A stretch of 64,000 nt of DNA from Gordius albopunctatus (lineage: Eukaryota): assembly GCA_964276515.1 (NCBI GenBank), contig OZ193910.1, forward strand, positions 124,001-188,000, read 5' to 3'. The notes under the pieces are model-generated. The model was not told where the DNA came from, made no database searches, and saw only the letters and a program-made list of their open reading frames with translations. The position numbers and the translations under genes were made by a program. Shown one piece after another: positions 1 to 12,481 of this stretch (positions are counted from its first letter, which is position 1; the number at the start of each line of letters is the position of its first letter).

Positions 1-3000
1 CTGCAGGCGGTTTGTCGGGATTAATTGTAGGGAGAGTGGTGGCTGCTGGGAAGACGGGATTAGTTTCGAATGGATCCATAATGCCTCGGTTATTAGCATC
101 CAGTTGAGGAAGATTAAATTTGGGCAAGTTTTTGGGCGCACTCTCTCGTTCCAAAAATTGAATGAATAATTCGGATAAACCCTGAGTAGATAGCATTTAT
201 TTAACAAATGAATAGCAGGCATTAACATACTTTGTCGGTGCTGCTAACACTTTCCGTCGTTTGGGGGCATTTAGAGGGACTCGAACCTCCCCCCCAAAGA
301 CCAAAGCTCCATCGACTCGATGAATTCTGAGCGCTGACGGGATTCTGGCATAACATGTAATATATATGTGGAGGAGGATTAATTACCATCTTGTCAATTT
401 GGATGGGGGAAAAGCCCAATATTTTAGCCATCAACAAGCCAATTTCATGCTTCTTTTCGTCGGATGTCGAGAGGTAACTGGCAAATAAATTCTTGAATAT
501 TTCCCTAAAATACACAAACATACACTCACGCTGCCTCCTAATCAATTACATACCTTTCAAAGGCAGTCCCTTGTTTCTTTTCCATTTCACCCATCCTTCC
601 CCCCAGGTCGTTAATGGTAGATTCCCGCTCTATAACTATAGATATAAAAAACAAATTCAACACGCTAACGTGCATAGCATAAATGTGTGTGTGCGCGTGC
701 GCGCGTGGGGGGGAGGGAGGCGATGAGAGCAAATCACCAAGCACCGAGTAGATAATTTTCAAAGAGCGACCTCCGCCGCACTCAGTACCTGATGTAATAC
801 TCAAACCGACACCCTCAGTCCCGTAATGTGTCACAAGTAGTGTGTGCGCGTGCAAATCACTCACTCTGTAGCCTGGCTTCGTTCAGGGCCGATTCCCTTT
901 CGGCCAAGCGTTGATTGAGGAAGGAATACGATTTGGAAAGGGTGCCCAATTTTTTAGCTTCGGCCTGGACAAACAATTACTTTTGAATAATCACATGACA
1001 TTTACCTCGTGTCGTTCGGCCTTTTGTTGTAGGTCCATTATAAACCTATCCTTTTCATCCAATCGATCCGTGATGGCCCGCACTTCAAAGGAGAGGGCGT
1101 CATCCTTTTCTAAACAGCCCCCCGCCCCCAAATATGAAGAATAACTTAGTATATTATTTTACCTTTTTGCACGCGTTCCAACACCAACTGCAAATTTGTT
1201 ATTCGCGATTGCAAGCGACACACGTCGTCCTGAAGGGTTGTGTTTTGGGCCAAGCACTTATCCCTCTGCGTCGTGATTTGAACCAAGGTTTCCGATAGAT
1301 TTTTGAGCTTATTCTCATTTTGAGACCTATTCGAAGGAGGTTAATACTCATAATAAAGATTAGACATTACTCGAATTTGGATAATTGGGTAGAGAAGGAG
1401 TCCGCCTTCTCCCGGTACGTGGTCAGAGCTTGTCGTAAAGAAACTTCGCGTTCTTCAGCAGCCAAGGCTTCGGTCGTGTAAGATTCCTCCATCTTCACCA
1501 AATGCCCTTTCAACCTCTCCAATTCTCTCGCCATCTTATCTTCTCCCTCTTTGTACGCCATTTCAATCGCCGCCATCCTTTTTACATCATCGCCCTCCTC
1601 TCCTATTTCCAAGGGCTCCGTCTGTAAAAATACATTAAAAGATATCACATCACACATTATAAAGCTAGTGTACTTGAATCGAGGCATCTTGGCACATAGT
1701 TTCACTCTTGGCCAACGATGCAGTCCGAGCTTCTTCCAATTCCGCCTCGAGTACGTTAATAGATGTGTCGCATGCTGCGTTATGCTCCTTTAATCGACTA
1801 ATCTCTCCTCTCAAATGCTCCAATTCCCGATTAGCGGTCTTCAATTCAACGCATTCCCTCTCCACCCGTTCCAAACTGTCCGCGCACAACTTGATTTGGT
1901 CTTCCTTCTTCGAGAGGGCATAATTCGTTTCCTCCTGTAAAATCTTCAACGACGATTGCAAAGCCACTTTCTCATCCAGCAATAGAGTCACGGTACTTTG
2001 CAAGTCAGACAACCTCCCTTCTGAACACCCAGCAGTTGTAAGCAGAGATCGAAGCAAGGGGTCATTAGCAACTCTCGAAGCCAATTCCACATGAGCGTCT
2101 TGTTGAGCGGATAAAACGGAAGCCTTGAGATCTTGCAATTGCATCTTAAATCCTTCGCACCCCTCGCGCAGTTGTTGACAAATGGTTGGGTAGAGCGTAC
2201 ACTTGTGCTTGGCATATTCCCCAATTTCACGTTGTTTCGCCATTTCTTGCTTCAGTCGTTCCACCAACGCATCTCTCAAACCAATCTCGCCCATCAAATT
2301 GTTCATAGAATCACGGGTTGAGCTCCATTTTTCGCGTTCATCCCCGAGCTCACGTTCAAGTTCTTGAATACTTTGTCGGAGTTGGCTATTTGACAATACC
2401 AAATTCGATCGTTCTTCCTCGCCCTCTCGTATAGCAGCTTCGAAACTTTTGATCTCGAGACGGCGTAAAGCATCGACACTTTTGTAACGTTCAACTTCTG
2501 TCAACAAAACCATCAACCTTTCAGAACTTCCCATCGATTCAGTCTTGAGGCGGTTGCATTCATCTCGCATCACAACCAAACCACGAGTCTTGGTATCAAC
2601 TTGGGCTAGGAGGTTAGCCAATTCATCGCCTCTTGCTGCCTTTTCCGCTTCGTATTGTTGTAGGAGCTCGTGCAATCCTTTGTGGTAATCTTGATTTGCG
2701 GCCTTCAAATCTCGACATTGGCTTAGGGAGGCGTCCAAGCGAGTGGTCAAGTCAGACAGTTTATCCTTCAAAATGATCGTTTCTCCTTCCCACATCGTCC
2801 TCATGCCACCCAGTGCAACACGGCACTTGTGTTGAATGTCGTGCTCGCTGGACGTATAGTCTTGACGTTGAGCCTTAAATTCTTCCGTGAGCGTATCCAC
2901 CTGTACTTTGAGAGCCTTGCAATTCGAGAGTGCTTGGAGCAAAACGGATTTATCGAAGGGTGCGGTTTGCTGATTGCTCTCATTTTGGTAATACAGGGGA

Positions 3001-6000
3001 TCATCATCACCCCCCACCTCTTCTCCTTCGGCCCCGTCCACTGATCTATATTTATAATAAATACAAGAGATCACAATATAGATACAGGGATGGGAAGAAT
3101 GCGGAAGAAATGCAAAATTACCTTTGGGCAGTAGAAGGGTCCGCCTCCTGAATACGATACAGTCGAATGCGTAATTCTTCGTATCGATCTAATAAATCGG
3201 CATTTTCCCCCTCCAACAAGCTTATTTCATTTTCCGCCTCCAACAACTTATCCCTCACAACCCCGTTCTCCCGCAACAAGTTATCCCTGTCACGGAGAAT
3301 AAGCGACTTTTCAAAAGATGCCTCCTCCAACAAATCCTCATTTTGTTGGAGCTGCTGCTGCTGCTGTTGTAAAAGCACCGCGGCCGCCTCATTCTCGTCT
3401 CGCTCGCCAGCACTCGCCAAATCATCGTCAGTTTGAATAGAGACTGTCTGGGTGTGGGGGGTAGCGAGGTGCGCCTCTCTTAATCTTCTATATTCAAAGC
3501 TAATTCTCTCCGTTTCCTCCTTCGATTGTTCGTATCTGCGTGGTGTAGTAATACAATAAAAATAATCATAATCTATCAGATGCATATACCTCGTTTGTAG
3601 TTCTTGAAATTGTTGCGTCATAGACTCGAGGTCGGGGTTGGATTGCACGAGTTCAGCCAATTTTTTGAATTCTATTATATCTTTCGTCTTTTCGGCCAAG
3701 ACGAGGCGGCAAGATTCATTTTCGGATTGCAGTTCCTTCACTTGCAATGACCTCGCATCCAATTCCACGCTCAAATCGTTTATGCGCGATAAATGAAGTC
3801 CTTCCAATTTCAAAGCTAAAAATTAAAACTTTTATTTAAACGTCAGAACGTGAGCAAACAATGCAATCGTAAATGTGGCGACTAACCGTTGTACAAATTT
3901 TCCTTCAAGGTTTCGCATTCTTCCCTCACCTCCTCCAAAGCTCTTTGATTAAGATCACGTGCTTGGGCCAAGCGTTGGGCGAAGTCATGTTCCAGGGTTG
4001 CGGTGTCGTGCGTCCCCTTGTCCACCTCCTCGTTAAGCCTTTCTTTCAGAGCCTTAGGAAAAAGAGATATCAAAGTTACACTCCTCAACATGACTTACCC
4101 TTATTTCCTGTCGCAACAAGAGTAAACAGGATTCCTGTCCCCCCTCCCCATCAGCGCCATGTTGGGATGGGGAAGGTGGTGAAGAGGAAGAAGGAGGGGT
4201 GGTGAGCGATACTCGATTAACTTCATCGCCCCAATCCGACCAACATTCCCCCCCATCCCCCGAACTCAATTCAGCCGCAACAACCACGTGATTTTGTTGT
4301 TTACCCTTCTTCTTAGCAACCACCCTCTTCTCCTTTTTAGGGGATCCAGATCCATGGGGGGCCATCTTCTTTTCCATCTCCTCCAACCTGAGTTTGAGGC
4401 CCGCAATTTCATCCTAATACATTTACCGTTTATATATGTGTATAAAAAATAATTTACACATCCTAGATGCCAGTAGAGTGGTGATGGTCAGTGGGGGGGG
4501 GGGCGAGAGATGTAAACGACCTAGCAGCTATGAGCAACAAGCAGCATTGCGAGGAGCAAGTATGAGAGAAAAGACAGGCGCGCGCTCTCTCTCTCATTAA
4601 TAACCACACTCGAGGCCGGAGCCAAATTTGAAAATATTAAATGCTGCTGCTGCGGCTCGCATTCTCACAACGAACGTACAACTACTAGCGAGATGGGGGG
4701 GGGGGAGGAAAAACATTCATTACTCCTACTACAACAACATCATTACATCTCTCTCCTCCTAATGTGTTTGGAATGAGAATAAATTGGGAGGGGGGAGGCT
4801 GGGTGGGTGGGTATGCCTGCCTGCCTGCCTCGGGGTAGTCTTGAGTACATTCAAAAAAGATGAGATTCAGTTCATACATTGTTTCGTTCGATCGGGGGGG
4901 GGGGCATATTTTTCCAAATGATGATGATAGCTAAAAACAATGAGGTGGGCCCGCTCGCTACCACAAGGGAGGGGAGGAGGAGAGGGAGGGAATAAAATTA
5001 GGTAAAATCTAAACTAATGACAATTCAAATTGCATAAATTAATTACTACAATACCTCCTTGGTGTCGAGCAGGGCACGGTATTGAGACGATATTTTTTTG
5101 GCTTGGTATTCATTCGATTCCGCCCTCTCGCAATATTCTCTCAACTCCTGCCGCAATCGTTCGTTCTAAAGCAAAAAAGCGCATCAACATATCATATAGG
5201 TAGAATATATTAGGAATGAGGTAAGTAGTAGTATACGTAGTATGGATGGATGGATGGATACTGTTTTGAAACAATAAATTTTGGATGAAAGGAATAGTTG
5301 AGCAAATCAAAGCTTTATATCGTCCCCCATAAGGCCCCGGTGAAACATAATAAAAATGAGTGGGCAGGAGAAGTAATTTGTGTAAAGTAGTTTAGTAAGG
5401 GGACGCGCCTCATGCAAAGCTTTCTCTCCTCCTCCTCCTCCTCCTTCTTTACCACAAAGTCCATTTGCATGCACTACATAGCAGAGCAGAGCAGAGGAGC
5501 ATAGATGAAAGATAGACAGTCAAATTTTAGGCCTCTTCCTCACCTCATTCAAAAGAGGTGAGGTGAGGTGAGGAGCAAACTAATTTTGTGGGAAGAGTTA
5601 GCGGGTGAAGGAAGAAATGTGTGTTACCTGAAACCTGCTCCTTCCTGCACTGCACTGCACGGCGTGGAGCGAGAATTAGGGGAATGATGTCGGATGATGG
5701 AATCACACGTTATTTCGCTGCACGTGTAAAAATGTGAAATGAATTGCGAGCAAGTGGTGGTGGTGGAGTGAGGAGGGAACGAGGGAGAGGGGGGAGTGAG
5801 TGAGTGAGTGAGTGCATGTTGTTGACCGAGCCAGCCACATTTAAGAGGCGCTAGCAGGGGGGAGGGAGGGACGGGCGTGGGGTAAATAACATTTGCAAAT
5901 GAGTGAATATTAATTAATTAAGGGCCGGCCGGGTGAGGAATATTGCCATCGCATAGTAATTTTGCGTCACATAAAATGCACGTTGATAATATATTTCATG

Positions 6001-9000
6001 TTTTGTAAGTGAAAGTTGTCGGCTAAAAAAGATGATTGCCTTAAATCCAAATCCTAGCACAGCCAAGAGGGGGAGGGGAGCGAGCCATCCTTGAGAACAT
6101 ATGAGTTAATAGCGTGTAAATTCTGAGAAAATGAGCCTGCCTGCCTGCCCCCCCCCCTTACCTCTCTATTCCCGATTAATTAAATTAACAGGCTCGCCCG
6201 CATTTTGGCTTGAATCATCATTTGAAATAAAATAGTATGCTCTTCGGGAGTCAGTGCCACTGTGGTGGTAGGAGTTAGTAGTACAGTACAGCAGCAGGGT
6301 TCAGGAGGAGGGGGAATGAGCAACGACAACTGGGATTTCGTTTAATTTAGAGGCGCAGGAAAGATTAGAGATAGTGATTAAGGAGGGAGATTGGAGGGGA
6401 AAGATGTTTTAGGAAGAACTTTAACTATTTATTTAAAACCCGCATTCACTTTAGCCTTGTTGCCTGCGTTGGTTCATAGTGTAATAATACATTTAAGGAG
6501 GAGATGTAATTAAAGCACACAATGTTGCCAAATTTAGTGTAAGCATATTAAGATAATGATCATCTTCGTTGGTCGCTAATGAGTGAGTGAGTGAATGAGA
6601 TAGACGCTGGGTTCAACAAAGTTTAACATTTCAACCATCCTCACCCTGAGGAGCATGCACGCTCATTAATAAAACAGCTGTTAAAATCCCAAATTCGGGC
6701 TCCCCTTCCCCCTCTATAATGTGAATTAACGTTGTTCATGTCCTGAGCCTTGCTTGATAGGGAGAGAGAGAGACATGCAAATTCTTCAAAGTTTATTATT
6801 ATATTACTCTACAAGATTAATGGTCAAAGTTTGACTCAACGAATCCTGCAGACTGCACCCGCGTGGCGCCATTAGGTGCTCGTAAAATGTTAAATGCAAT
6901 AATAATCAAACTATCCCATCCCATCCCAATGGTGGAAGAAGATGTGTTTTTCATGCAAAATAAAAGTTCAGAGTAGAAGATGTGAGGGGTGCGGCCGGGG
7001 GGTAGGGAGATAAGAAGAGAGTACAAACAAACAACAAGTTTTGGAGTAGAGAGAGAGAGAGGTGGTGGTGGTGGGCTGGGGCTGGGTAAAAATAGTTGAG
7101 GAGGAGGTTCACAACCTTGGAATGCAAAATAACATGATGATGAATGATGAACAACTGTCTGCTCCTGCTGCTGCTGTTGTTGTAATTGTTGAGAAGAGAC
7201 ATGCGCCTGGCCAGCTTTGCAGCATATACAGGGGTTTGAAATATTATTAGCCACAATTTTAATGAATTTTTGGATTTATAGGGGGGGGGGGGGCAGGCAG
7301 CCGCCTCTCCCTGACTCTGATTGGCTACGCCCATGAGAAAACACCAAAATTGTTTATACAATATGAAATGAACAAATAAGTGAGCAAGCAAGATATTAGA
7401 GCAGGCATGGGCATAGCTAGGATTGGATTTAGAGGGGGGGGGCAATTATAATTTAGGCAGGGGCAGAATGATAATTTTTTTAGTAATTTTATCCATAATT
7501 GAAGAATTTTTAGGATTTACACCTATGCCTAGAGGTGTAGGAGGATATTGGGGAACAAACAAAGCAAAAGACAAATTGGTTGAAACCCCTTTCGGACTTC
7601 AGATGCCTAATCCATCCAATATTAACTGAAATATTATGTAATATTTGTGGGGAAATGTAAAGTCATAAATCTGCAAATGCAAGAATACTCCATTCAAAAC
7701 TCTATTTTTGCACCTCCTAATGCTTACTTAGACCATCCAAAATAAAAAAAAATTGTGCAAACTATTTTACATCCCAAACAAGGGCTTTAAGTGAAAACAA
7801 CAGACATCTTAAATCACATTTATTGAAGTTAATGTAAAAAGAATGAGTGATTTTTAATAAAATTTCAAGCTTTTACAAATGGCCCGTTTAAACATCTTAA
7901 AAAGTTAAAATATTCATTCATGTTTGATTCAAATACTTATTCAGCCATTTGGTAGAGGGCAGAATTTCATAAAATAATTGGGCCTCACTTGGTACAGCGT
8001 ACATTATATAGCTCTCAAACTTCAGCTTTTTCCCCTTGTCTGTTATAACTGACCTGAAATGCAAATCTTATTCTATAATTTAAATAGATTCATAGAACTT
8101 ACAACTTTAGAAATAAGATAAGTAAATATTTCAAACAGTTTTTTATTTGGAACTGTAAAAAATACATTTTATAAAAGTAAATTTTTAGCTTTAAATTAAT
8201 CGCTGAATATATTTCAACGAGTGAAAGTGGATTTTTTATTTCCAAACTTATCCTAGTTGTATTACGAGTAATAACAATCTGATGCACTTTATATTTTGAT
8301 GGTTTGAAAAATGGGGTGGGGCTTGGGCAGAATAAAAATTGAAAATTCATTTTGCAGGGCTCTAATCAAGTGTCTGGAGCAAAACTAACTAGGGCACCCT
8401 ACCATAATAATTCTGCCAAAAGGCAAGCCATGCCTGGCCAGCTTAATTTAATTTTCTTATATTTGCCATGTCAGGGATGATATCTAATGCAATTGTAACA
8501 ATGTGATAGATGAGTGAGAGTAATAAGCAATTACAATAATCGAGAGTAATGTTAAAGAACTTAATTATTTAAAATCTACAATTTGTGGTTGCTAAAAGGT
8601 TACATATTAAAAATAATTGATTTTAAAAATTAAAGTATTAGATGGTCCATTACTGCAGTTTAACAACTTATTTTTAAGACATTTTTATTCACCAAAAATA
8701 AATGCATATTATTCTAATAAAAAGCAATAGACAATTTTATCTCCCTTTAATTGAATATTACAACAACACTTGTTTTATGGCTTCTTATGTTATAATTCAA
8801 GTTAAGGTTTTAGATTTATTTGTACTGGCTTAAGTTTAATTAAATAGTTATTAAAACCTTTTATTGTTATGAGCCACTAGTTAATATTAATAAATATTGC
8901 ATACAAAATTAATTGCTTTGCAATTTATTAAATATATTACTTTCTACATACCAAATTTTCATAATTTTAATAAGCAACAAAAATCCCTGCCAATTCTTTG

Positions 9001-9632
9001 AGAATAATATTGGGCATTTAACATTAAAAAGTTATAATCATGTTTTAATCTCTTAATTATATAAATTATGCAATATTTAAAAAATATTTATAATTTTAAT
9101 TCAAAGCAAATTTATAATATTAAATACTTTAGCAAAAACAAAATGAAAGAAATATATTAAATTTCTAATACATTTTAAAAATTATAAATAAAACTCTTTA
9201 AAAAGGAGATTTTGCTGGAATATATTTAAAAAAATTGTGTTATTTAAGACCAAAATTTTAATTAGCTCTAATGGTCATTTTAATTGTAATAGTTCAATAC
9301 TTATAACAACAATTTTATATAAGTTGCACTATTCATAAAGGAATACAAGATTAAAAATATTTATGTTCATTATAAGATTTATACCTCAATTTCGCGTGAG
9401 TTACATGATTCTTCATATTCTTTAATTTTATTTGTTGCCAATTGCAATTGTTCACTAGGGTCTTAAAAAAAGTAATATTAAAATCCAGTAAAGTTTAATT
9501 AAAAAAATATTTTTAATAAAAAAAACTAAAATATTTGCCTTCAATTTCATTAGAGCCCTCTATTAAGACTTCTTTAGTGAAATTAGTTATTTGTGATTTT
9601 ATTGAGGCTAAATTGGTGCCTAGCCAAGCCAT
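1..9632 (-). CDS. TRIP11: Thyroid receptor-interacting protein 11 / GMAP-210-like cis-Golgi golgin, multi-exon; 3' end lies beyond the left edge of the window
   Basis: Exon 1 (9632-9539) reads MAWLGTNLASIKSQITNFTKEVLIEGSNEIE, like the GMAP-210 N-terminal ALPS region. Exon 2 is 9461-9385 and exon 3 is 5165-5055 (NERLRQELREYCE...ISSQYRALLDTKE). Long coiled-coil exons lie at 4414-1370, including ELERLKGHLVKMEESYTTEALAAEEREVSLR (recalled TRIP11: [27 protein letters not shown]). A GRAB-like segment IFKNLFASYLSTSDEKKHEIGLLMAKILGFS lies near 400-500, and GLSELFIQFLERES near 140-182. Confidence 0.9.
7406..7527. mobile_element. Copy of a short MITE family with CATGGGCGTAGCC...GGCTACGCCCATG-like ends; other copies at ~7261-7335, ~10104-10262, 40311-40462 and 46775-46927
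   Basis: Shares GGATTTAGAGGGGGG and GGGGCA(A/G)AATGATAATT blocks with the other copies. This copy is internally deleted and has no clear TSD. Confidence 0.55.
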
Positions 9633-11080
9633 CGCTTAAATCTTATTAATTGCCACGTGTAAAATACATTACAGTTATGGTACAAATTGATTTATTTGCA
9701 ATTTGCATTACGTTATCAACTAATCCAAAATATTAAAAAAGGGTGGTCAAGATTCAACTGGCTTTATAAAAACCTATTGTGATTTGGCATTCAATTTATA
9801 ATAAAATATCTTAATATGAGTTTTTTAAAATTTATTTGGAAATGAACTTAAATTAAAGAAATGAGTATTATCTGATTAATAATAATATAAGGAAGGAAAT
9901 ATAATCAATTTTAATAATTAAAGTTTTTTCCGCACTATTTTATATGTATACTTAAGAAGTGATTAACAACATTTTTAATGTATTTAAAACAATTATTGTT
10001 ATTAATTTTTAATTAATTAAAAGTATACCTTTCTGCTTAATCATATTTTAAATTGGTATATAGTCGTAAAAAGTCAATACATTTGTTTATATAGTGTCGT
10101 TAAACATGGGATTAGCGAGAATTGGGATTAGACGGGGGCAATAATAATTTAGGGAGGTTGAAAATGAACATATTTTGAAATTGTAACCATATTTTAATAA
10201 ATTTCAACAAATTTATGGATTTAGAGGGGGGCAGTCGCCCCTCCCCCCTTGGCTACGCCTATTTCGGTAAATCTTTTTAACTTAAATGGTACACGTTTGG
10301 TCAAAAATTTTAGGAAAAAACCTACCCATAAGAGGCTTCTAATGGACCAATCTTAAAGTGATTAAAATATTGTGAAAATAGTTAAGCATTTAAAAAATTA
10401 AAAGAAAACAAGGCAAAGAGGGTGTTTTGTTCCTTTAAAGGCTAATATCTAAATGTTGGCTTTGTTATGCGTTGGCAAGGTAGTATAAAGCGTGCTTGCC
10501 TAGTTCATAAACTATGAGACAATTCCGTTAAGGGATTCTTTAGTATAACTGATAGCCAGCCTTAAATCTAATATAAGTTTAAAATGGTCCTTCAGCGATC
10601 TAAATAATTTTCTGGGATATGTTGCAAGCCAATCGTGACCAAAATCAATAGCGAGCCCTTCTATGTTTTAAAATTATGCTGCTATTTTATGAACTTAATC
10701 TCCATTAAGATCTTTATATTTTAAACTAATGATTTGTGTTTTTGAGTAATAAAAAATGACACTTTATTGTTGTTTTATATTGATTTTTTTGTACTTTTAC
10801 ATAATTAAATAAAATTTTATTACATTTTTTGTAAATCTTATCAAATTTTATAGAATTTTAATTATTCTTTGTCTTTCAACATACTATTTTTTTTTTTTAA
10901 ATATTCATCACTATTTTTAAATGAAAAAGAAAAAAATTTATTGTGATAACGATAAAATTTATTTACCATATAGATTCACATTAAAACGGAATAGACATAT
11001 GAGTTTAAATTAAACAAAAAACATAGATATAAAATTAAGACGAACTTAAATTCCGAAAAAGCCCTTTTTGAACAAAGGAC

Positions 11081-11320
11081 TAGATTTGTTAAATTGCTAA
11101 CTTTCTTCAAAATCCAGACGCGAGCACGCACATTGAGTTGCTTAATATGCGCGTTAGCACAATGTGTGCTCGCTGCACTAGGCAGAACAGTAGCATATAA
11201 AAATGCTCGAGCGGCGAGTCGAATCAGCAAAATATGTTCGAGCATTGAGCAGATTGCCCGAGCAGAAACTCGAGCAGATAGTAGCTGGAGTTGAAGAAAT
11301 TTAGCAATTTAACAACTCTA
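11081..11320. mobile_element. 240-bp hAT-type MITE
   Basis: ~36-bp imperfect TIRs (left TAGATTTGTTAAATTGCTAACTTTCTTCAA; reverse complement of right end TAGAGTTGTTAAATTGCTAAATTTCTTCAA). Perfect 8-bp TSD CAAAGGAC at 11073-11080 and 11321-11328. Confidence 0.9.
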
Positions 11321-12481
11321 CAAAGGACATTATGTATTCATTAAGAACACTATCATTAATGCTTGCATGTTATTACATATTTTAACGCCTAAAAAATAAA
11401 CCTAGAGAAATTATTAAAAGGAATTTATATATAAAGGTACTGAGTCGGGCCATAATGAATTTTGGTTGGGGCGATGTCGTCGAAAAAATTAAAGCCAACC
11501 AAGGGTCACAAGCTAGTCTGTTTGCGAAACTAAAGCAATTACAGAAACATTCGTTTTACAGGAATTATTGAAAAATTTGGAGAGGACAGGCGGACAACTG
11601 AAAACGGGTCCATAAATTGCGTAACAATTAAAATCAAAATTTTTGTATATGCCTTGGCAAAATATGGAAAAAGATCATTTTATTCCTTACTATTCTTCAG
11701 TAGTTTGTAGTAGATTAGTTAATCTGCCTAGACTTGTGGCCAGTTTTAGATGATAATGATTTACATCTTTTATTTATGTTTGTATATGTGACTTCGTCAT
11801 CGTAGAAATAAACTTTTTAAATAGGAAAAAATTGCTTGAGATATGTATTAAGTGTATATTAGTAACTTTAAAACTTATTCGTTTAGAAAATAACACTTTC
11901 TACAAATATTTTATCTAAGCATAATTGTGATTTGTTTACTCAAGTTATGGGCTATAATACGAGTAAATATAACCCTGGTTTTTGTAATTTTTTCTTACCC
12001 TTTTCATAACCTATTCCCATTTTCCCATATAATTATTATATAACTGCTGGCTGGGTAAGCATTAATAAGATTTATTTATCTACCAATTTACATTTTTGGA
12101 GTCTTTGTTTCTGATCTTATTATTTTCGGCTGATTAACAATATCTTACATTAAATCAATATGAATAAAAAAGCTGAAGTATAACCTCAATTAGTTATGGT
12201 AATGGTGATCCTTGAGGACACGTTAAATTTCAAAGACAGCTGAGTTATGATTAATATTGGCAAGCTATTTAATCTACCTAAACTAAAACTAGTGCCCAAG
12301 TGTTACCTTTAAATGCTCACTTTTAATAGATCCCTTTCAAAGGCCAATTCATTAAATGTAATCGCGTCTATATTTTTCTAAAGTACTCATATATGTAATG
12401 TGAACAATTTTGATCGAAATCGACGAAGCTAAATCAAATATTGAACGTAGAAACAAAATAAAGGCGCAAAGTTATGTAAAG

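Noticed and set aside
6817..7445. 145-aa and 164-aa minus-strand ORFs with poly-Q/P/H
   Set aside because: They arise from microsatellites and a MITE within an intron; TRIP11 exons 2 and 3 join in frame without them.
6830..7629. Possible plus-strand nested mini-gene in TRIP11 intron 2 (6830-6875 joined to 7514-7629 gives FDSTNPADCTRVAPLGFTPMPRGVGGYWG...)
   Set aside because: The junction is phase-compatible, but the first acceptor is weak, the second acceptor lies inside a MITE copy (7406-7527), and I found no start exon or recognisable homology.
10976..11294. Overlapping short ORFs
   Set aside because: They coincide with the 240-bp MITE and show no protein motif.
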